Origin: a virus
Taxonomy: Duplodnaviria; Caudoviricetes
Virus record (IMG/VR): IMGVR_UViG_3300022930_000016
Location: 1 to 38,526 of that record
DNA: 38,526 bases
Direction: 5' to 3' (one strand)
Shown: piece by piece, positions 33,941 through 38,526 of the stretch
How the letters are laid out: every line of letters starts with the position of its first letter
Position numbering within the stretch: position 1 is the first letter of the stretch
Position numbers and translations under genes: made by a program
The notes under the pieces: model-generated
What the model saw: only the letters and a program-made list of their open reading frames with translations
Told to the model about the DNA's origin: nothing
The model's database searches: none

Positions 33941-34267
33941 TTAATATATTTTGAATTTAATGTATTCTTTTGTTTTTGGTACAATTGTTTTAAACACATG
34001 CAATTCGTAAACATGCCTATCATCAATTTTATACTTTTTTACCAGGCAATCAATAAATGATTTGCAACAATTATCAATATCAGAGCCTTTAGAACTAAAT
34101 CCGAACTCAATCGCTAATTTAATATTTAACGGATCAGGATAATCGATTTGTTTAGGCAATAGAAACATCATTGATTTTATAAACGCATCGTATTTTTTGC
34201 TTCTGGTACGCATGCCGTTAAAAGCTTCATTAACAGATAACGGCTTAATGTTTATCGTGTGATTCAT
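33941..34267 (-). CDS. rusA: RusA-like Holliday junction resolvase
   Basis: PLSVN, DIDNCCKSFID, IDD motifs. Confidence 0.85.
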   Translation of the reverse strand: MNHTINIKPLSVNEAFNGMRTRSKKYDAFIKSMMFLLPKQIDYPDPLNIKLAIEFGFSSKGSDIDNCCKSFIDCLVKKYKIDDRHVYELHVFKTIVPKTKEYIKFKIY

Positions 34268-34533
34268 GTTTTATTAGTTTTTGGCAAGTCATATGAAATT
34301 ATATTGAAGTCTTTTTTTAATAATTCCATTTTAACTTTAGAATAAAAATCATAAACTCTAAATGAGGATGGTTCGTTTGATACATATCCTAAATCTAAAA
34401 TTTCATCAACCAAAATTAATGCGCATTTTTTTGCATGATTTACAAATAAAGAATATTTCCCTTGTAATCCTTCTTCGGGTATATTTGAATAATACTTGTC
34501 AAATAACTCTTTTGCTTTTTCTTCAGCTTTCAT
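34264..34533 (-). CDS. Hypothetical protein; paralog of 20408-20620
   Basis: EKAKEL...AKKCALILVDEI. Confidence 0.7.
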   Translation of the reverse strand: MKAEEKAKELFDKYYSNIPEEGLQGKYSLFVNHAKKCALILVDEILDLGYVSNEPSSFRVYDFYSKVKMELLKKDFNIISYDLPKTNKT

Positions 34534-34535
34534 AA

Positions 34536-35339
34536 TTAAAAAAGTGTTGGTTCGTGAATTATTCCTCTTATTCTTTTTTTACAAATTTCAACATATTCAG
34601 CAGAAATTTCACTACCTATAAAATTTCTTTTATTTATAATTGACATTTTAGCTACAGTTCCTGAACCCATGAACGGATCATAAACCAAATCATTTTCGTT
34701 GCTCCATGATAAAATATGATCTTCTGCTAATTTTTCAGGAAAAATTGACGGATGTTCAAAAGCCACTTTATCTTTAGAGGAATGTAAAAAACCAGTATTA
34801 TAATTCCATACATTCCCTTTTATTTTATCAGGCTTAATATTACCTCGCTCTTTATTGCTTCTTAGCTTTTTGTTTATTTCTTCATGCGATCCATATTTTT
34901 GACCAGTTCTATCAGAATCTTTTCCAAACCACTTACAAGGTATTTTTATAGGATTAAATGTTTTTGGCTTTCCTTTTGATAATATAAACATGTACTCAAA
35001 CTCTTGCTCATATCTATTATGATTCATTGTTAAACCTGTCTTATGGTAAATCATAGTATCATGTAAACTGAACCCTATTTCTTTAAAAAATAATGCTTGT
35101 TTAAAACTTGTTCCGCTTTCACTCCCTTTAATCGTTGAATCTCCTACAACCCAAACTAAAACACCTCCTTTTTTAATTGTTCTATACAACTCTTTTGCTA
35201 TGTTTTCAAAGTCAAAAGAATAACCTTTATATTCCCTTAAATTATCGTAAGGAGGAGATGTTAATACAAGATCTATATATTCATCATTCATCCAACCCAT
35301 TGTTTTTAAGCAATTTTCATTATATGTTTTGTTAATCAT
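34536..35339 (-). CDS. Orphan DNA methyltransferase, beta class N4-C/N6-A
   Basis: TSPPY catalytic motif before HPSIFP and DPFMGSGT. Confidence 0.95.
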   Translation of the reverse strand: MINKTYNENCLKTMGWMNDEYIDLVLTSPPYDNLREYKGYSFDFENIAKELYRTIKKGGVLVWVVGDSTIKGSESGTSFKQALFFKEIGFSLHDTMIYHKTGLTMNHNRYEQEFEYMFILSKGKPKTFNPIKIPCKWFGKDSDRTGQKYGSHEEINKKLRSNKERGNIKPDKIKGNVWNYNTGFLHSSKDKVAFEHPSIFPEKLAEDHILSWSNENDLVYDPFMGSGTVAKMSIINKRNFIGSEISAEYVEICKKRIRGIIHEPTLF

Positions 35340-35399
35340 AATTTCTAATTTAAATTTATAGTAAATAACTTTTTTCTTTTTTCGTATTCGATTTCAATT

Positions 35400-35609
35400 C
35401 TAAAAATCAGGTAACTCATAGTGACCAAATTTAATCCTAATTAATTTACCTTCATTTGTTAATATTGCTAAAGCATGCCTAACACGTTTCTTTGCGTTGT
35501 AATCGTATCTATGACCTACACACTCAATTGCTTCAGCGCAACTAATTTTTTTATCGTTTGATTTTGCGTAATTTAAAATCATTTCTTGACTTCCTAATAA
35601 TTTTGTCAT
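35400..35609 (-). CDS. Winged-helix DNA-binding protein
   Basis: VRHAL..L..EGKLIRIKFGHY wing motif. Confidence 0.7.
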   Translation of the reverse strand: MTKLLGSQEMILNYAKSNDKKISCAEAIECVGHRYDYNAKKRVRHALAILTNEGKLIRIKFGHYELPDF

Positions 35610-35620
35610 ATTTATGTTTT

Positions 35621-37120
35621 TTAAAAAGGTGGTTCTCCAAATGCATCACTTGCACTTACTTTTGGTAATTCAAATTCTATTTGTTCTTTTTCTGGTAATT
35701 TTGGTTTTGATTCATTTCTAAAATAACGCCCTGTTAAATCTTGCCCTAAATGTTCAACATCCATAAATCGCATATATTTTAATTCGCACCCTGTTCTACA
35801 ATATCCTGTTTCTCCATTACGATATTTAGCCACGTCAATTTCTGCTGTGTTTTCCGTTGGGCTTTGTTCGTCATCATCCCATTGCTCAATTTTATAATAC
35901 TCCGGTCTGTAAATAAATAAAACAATGTCTGCATCCTGCTCAATAGATCCGGAATCCCTAAGATCTGAAAGCAAAGGTCTTTTACTCGATCCTCTTTGCT
36001 CCACATTTCTTGAAAGCTGACTTAGTGCAATAACCGGAACATCTAAATCTTTTGCTAAGTTTTTAAGTGATGATGATATTTCTGAAACTTCATTTTCCTT
36101 ATTATTCATTTTTTTATTTTTAACTCGCATCAATTGCAGATAATCAACAACAATCATTTTAATTCCGTGTTCACGCTTTAATTTGTTCGCTTTAATCTTT
36201 AATTCAATAGGGCTGATTCCGCCTTTATCATCTATAAAAATAGGCAATGAAGCTAGTAAATCAGAACATTTTTTTAAATATAAAACTTCTTCATGTGATA
36301 AATTAAAGTTGTTTATTTTGGTTATATCTACTCCGGAAACAATACTTAACAACCTGCCTATAATTTGCTTTGTACTCATTTCAAGACTAAAAAAAGCTAC
36401 CGGAATTCCATTTAAACCGCATTCTAAAACCTCATTTAAAACGAAAGCTGTTTTTCCCATTCCTGGACGCGCTGCTAAAATAATCAAATCTGAATTTTGA
36501 TAACCGTTTAGCTTTTTGTTTAATTTAGTTAATGATGAAGGTATTCCTGTTTTTCCGGAACCTGAATTATTTAAAAATGCGTGTACGTTATCTTTAAAAC
36601 TTTCAACTTTTCCGACTGTAATTAAATCTGAAACTTCTCCATAATCTTTGTAAACTTTTTCCAATAATTCAAAAACATCTACATCTTCAGAATAAGAACT
36701 CTCAATTAATTCTGATGATGTCGCTATACATCTTCTTTGAACGTACTTCTGCAACAATATTCTTGAATGATAATCAATATGTGCTGATGAAGCAATTTTT
36801 TGAGTTAGTTGTATAAGATAAAAATCCCCTCCTGATAATTCTAATTTTCCTACCCTTTTAAGCTCGTTTGATATTGTTAACAGGTCAATAGGTTGGTTTT
36901 TATTATAAAGCTCTGAAATAGCCTCAAAAATGCTTTTATTTGAGTCTTTGTAAAACACATCACAAGATAATAATTCCATAGCTTCATGCAATCCTGTTTT
37001 GTCTATCATCATTGCGCCTAAAACAGCTTCTTCCAAATCAACTGCCTGAGGCGGCAATTTACCTTTATCCAAATTTATGATTCTGGTTTTTTCTACTTTA
37101 ACTGGTGTATAGTTTTGCAT
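35621..37120 (-). CDS. dnaB: Replicative DNA helicase
   Basis: PPQAVDLEEAVLG, ARPGMGKT, FSLEM, VDYLQLM, LSQLSR, LRDSGSIEQDAD, KYRNG. Confidence 0.97.
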   Translation of the reverse strand: MQNYTPVKVEKTRIINLDKGKLPPQAVDLEEAVLGAMMIDKTGLHEAMELLSCDVFYKDSNKSIFEAISELYNKNQPIDLLTISNELKRVGKLELSGGDFYLIQLTQKIASSAHIDYHSRILLQKYVQRRCIATSSELIESSYSEDVDVFELLEKVYKDYGEVSDLITVGKVESFKDNVHAFLNNSGSGKTGIPSSLTKLNKKLNGYQNSDLIILAARPGMGKTAFVLNEVLECGLNGIPVAFFSLEMSTKQIIGRLLSIVSGVDITKINNFNLSHEEVLYLKKCSDLLASLPIFIDDKGGISPIELKIKANKLKREHGIKMIVVDYLQLMRVKNKKMNNKENEVSEISSSLKNLAKDLDVPVIALSQLSRNVEQRGSSKRPLLSDLRDSGSIEQDADIVLFIYRPEYYKIEQWDDDEQSPTENTAEIDVAKYRNGETGYCRTGCELKYMRFMDVEHLGQDLTGRYFRNESKPKLPEKEQIEFELPKVSASDAFGEPPF

Positions 37121-37122
37121 AA

Positions 37123-37800
37123 TTAAAATTCGTTTCGGTTATCTTTTTTAGGTAATTTAATTGATTCTTTTTCCTGTTTATTAAGCCAGTAAACAAAATG
37201 CGTACAATATTCGGTTTTATTATTCTTAAATTGAAATTGTACGTTAATCATATCATTATACTTTTTTAAAAATTCTTTAACCTCGTTAGGCTTAAATTTT
37301 TTATCAGATTGCATAGAAGTGTTTTCAATCCATGATTCTGATATAATCAACTCATTAAAAATTAAATCATTTTTGTTTAATGGTTTTATAGTTTCTAAGT
37401 TAATGGTTAATGGTTTATCTATACTATCAATGCTTTCTCCTGTGCTTTCGTGTTGCTTTGATGCGTGCTTTTTAATTGCTTTGTCAAGTGCTTTATCAAG
37501 TGCTTTGTCAAAATTTACTAAAGCAACTATGTTAGCAGAATACTGGTTTTTGCTTCTTTCTATCATTTCAATAAATCCCCAATCAACTAAATCGTTAAGC
37601 GTTTTAATGTATGTATTGTATGATTTTATACCTATTGCATCCTTTACCATTTCGGTTGGGAATCCGAACTTCTTACGCCATCCTAAACGGTTGCAATGTT
37701 CAATAGCGAAAAAATAAACCGCCGAGTGATTAGGAGAAATCTTTTCAGGATTCTCAAAACACCAATCAAACCACATTCTAGAAAGTTCATATCCGTTCAT
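37123..37800 (-). CDS. Replication initiator (wHTH, lambda O-like organisation)
   Basis: N-terminal wHTH pattern, repeat-encoded linker, directly upstream of DnaB. Confidence 0.8.
   Translation of the reverse strand: MNGYELSRMWFDWCFENPEKISPNHSAVYFFAIEHCNRLGWRKKFGFPTEMVKDAIGIKSYNTYIKTLNDLVDWGFIEMIERSKNQYSANIVALVNFDKALDKALDKAIKKHASKQHESTGESIDSIDKPLTINLETIKPLNKNDLIFNELIISESWIENTSMQSDKKFKPNEVKEFLKKYNDMINVQFQFKNNKTEYCTHFVYWLNKQEKESIKLPKKDNRNEF
37378..37525. repeat. Putative replication origin: iterons plus AT-rich repeats
   Basis: TGCTTT at 37431, 37443, 37454, 37466, 37477, 37489, 37501; TAATGGTT at 37378, 37401, 37408. Confidence 0.75.
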
Positions 37801-38324
37801 AATTCCCTTATTTTATTCCAACATATTCCACAGAAATAAGTTAAAACCTCAGTCCTGTCATAAATTACACAGCAAGCTTTCTCCATTGAATCAGAAACTT
37901 CATTAACATCTAATTTAGATATAAAATTTTTAATTGATATTCTAAATTTATCAGTTACAGTATATCCTTCAAAAAAACTTTCAAAAACTTCAACAACCTG
38001 GTTTATTTCTAAATCAATAATTTCTTTTTGTTTCTTCAATAAATTTTGATATTGTTTATATTGTTTTTTAGCAAGAATCATTCTTTCCATTTTTGAAACT
38101 AATGTTTCTGGAATGCTTTCTAATTCAGTTCCGCCTTTCCCTCTGTTGCAATCAAAACACGCAGTAATTAAGTTGTCAATAGTATTATTTCCGCCTTTAC
38201 AAACAGGCACTATGTGATCACATTCTAATGGAACTTTAGGAGGTTTTCTCGAACAGTACTGACAAGTAAAATTGTCTCGTTTAAAAACATCAAATCTTTT
38301 TTTTACGCTTATTGATCTACTCAT
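37797..38324 (-). CDS. HNH endonuclease with C-terminal helical domain
   Basis: RDNFTCQYC...DHIVP...GG...NLITACFDCNRGK. Confidence 0.9.
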   Translation of the reverse strand: MSRSISVKKRFDVFKRDNFTCQYCSRKPPKVPLECDHIVPVCKGGNNTIDNLITACFDCNRGKGGTELESIPETLVSKMERMILAKKQYKQYQNLLKKQKEIIDLEINQVVEVFESFFEGYTVTDKFRISIKNFISKLDVNEVSDSMEKACCVIYDRTEVLTYFCGICWNKIREL

Positions 38325-38359
38325 AACTTTACTTTATTAAATTTTTACAGCCAAAAAAA

Positions 38360-38509
38360 TTACGATACCTTTATTAATATCCCACCATTTACAGTTACAG
38401 TAGGCAATTCCCCTGATTTAACTAATTGGTTAATCCTTGCCTTTGAAACGCCTTTTAATTTAGCATACTCGCTTTGAGTATAAAGGTCTTTTCTGATTTC
38501 TTTTGCCAT
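38360..38509 (-). CDS. Small HTH protein (49 aa, Xis/Cro-like)
   Basis: Manual translation MAKEIRKDLYTQSEYAKLKGVSKARINQLVKSGELPTVTVNGGILIKVS. Confidence 0.75.
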   Translation of the reverse strand: MAKEIRKDLYTQSEYAKLKGVSKARINQLVKSGELPTVTVNGGILIKVS

Positions 38510-38526
38510 TTTACTTTATTAAGTTT
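38400..38526. repeat. Terminal direct repeat, identical to 1-127
   Basis: Exact match. Confidence 0.95.

Noticed and set aside
34536-35339. Restriction-modification system
   Set aside because: No adjacent restriction endonuclease; orphan MTases are common in phages
37431-37512. Repeat array as a mini-CRISPR or DGR element
   Set aside because: Units are 11-12 nt with no spacers, and no cas or reverse transcriptase gene is present; it fits iterons
1559-37717. Numerous plus-strand ORFs in the track (e.g. 7254-7667, 7811-8221, 16316-16705, 36183-36500, 37319-37717)
   Set aside because: Antisense shadows of well-supported minus-strand genes, mostly with non-ATG starts and no promoter context
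38400-38526. 127-bp terminal repeat as a biological DTR
   Set aside because: The length equals a common assembler k-mer and its boundary falls inside an ORF; best read as a circularisation overlap

Overview
An apparently complete, circularly closed ~38.4 kb AT-rich siphovirus-type phage genome. Bases 1-127 repeat exactly at 38400-38526, so the unit length is 38,399 bp. The host is most likely Bacteroidota/Flavobacterium: promoters fit TTG-N19-TAnnTTTG, starts are A-rich without Shine-Dalgarno sites, and there is a DUF3127-type SSB. Nearly all genes are on the minus strand. Order: HTH/HNH/initiator with internal iteron origin/DnaB/MTase/RusA; small early genes; terminase, HK97-type portal, MuF, protease and capsid; a GT4 glycosyltransferase and a two-gene plus-strand moron; neck and tail genes (with a -1 frameshifted chaperone); an Asp-box tail spike; a multi-gene lysis cassette with a u-spanin-like lipoprotein; and a YqaJ/SSB recombination module. 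I saw no integrase, CI-type repressor, tRNA, CRISPR array or reverse transcriptase. Best candidate for a new system: virion glycosylation. The glycosyltransferase follows the capsid gene directly and carries a C-terminal domain resembling the small head-module protein downstream. The capsid and major tail proteins also end in the same motif, LA(T)PSV. Other notable signals are leaderless late promoters, a candidate anti-start-codon sRNA, a pseudoknot/terminator leader on the moron, and acr-aca-like early operons. All family assignments come from motif recognition, not database searches.
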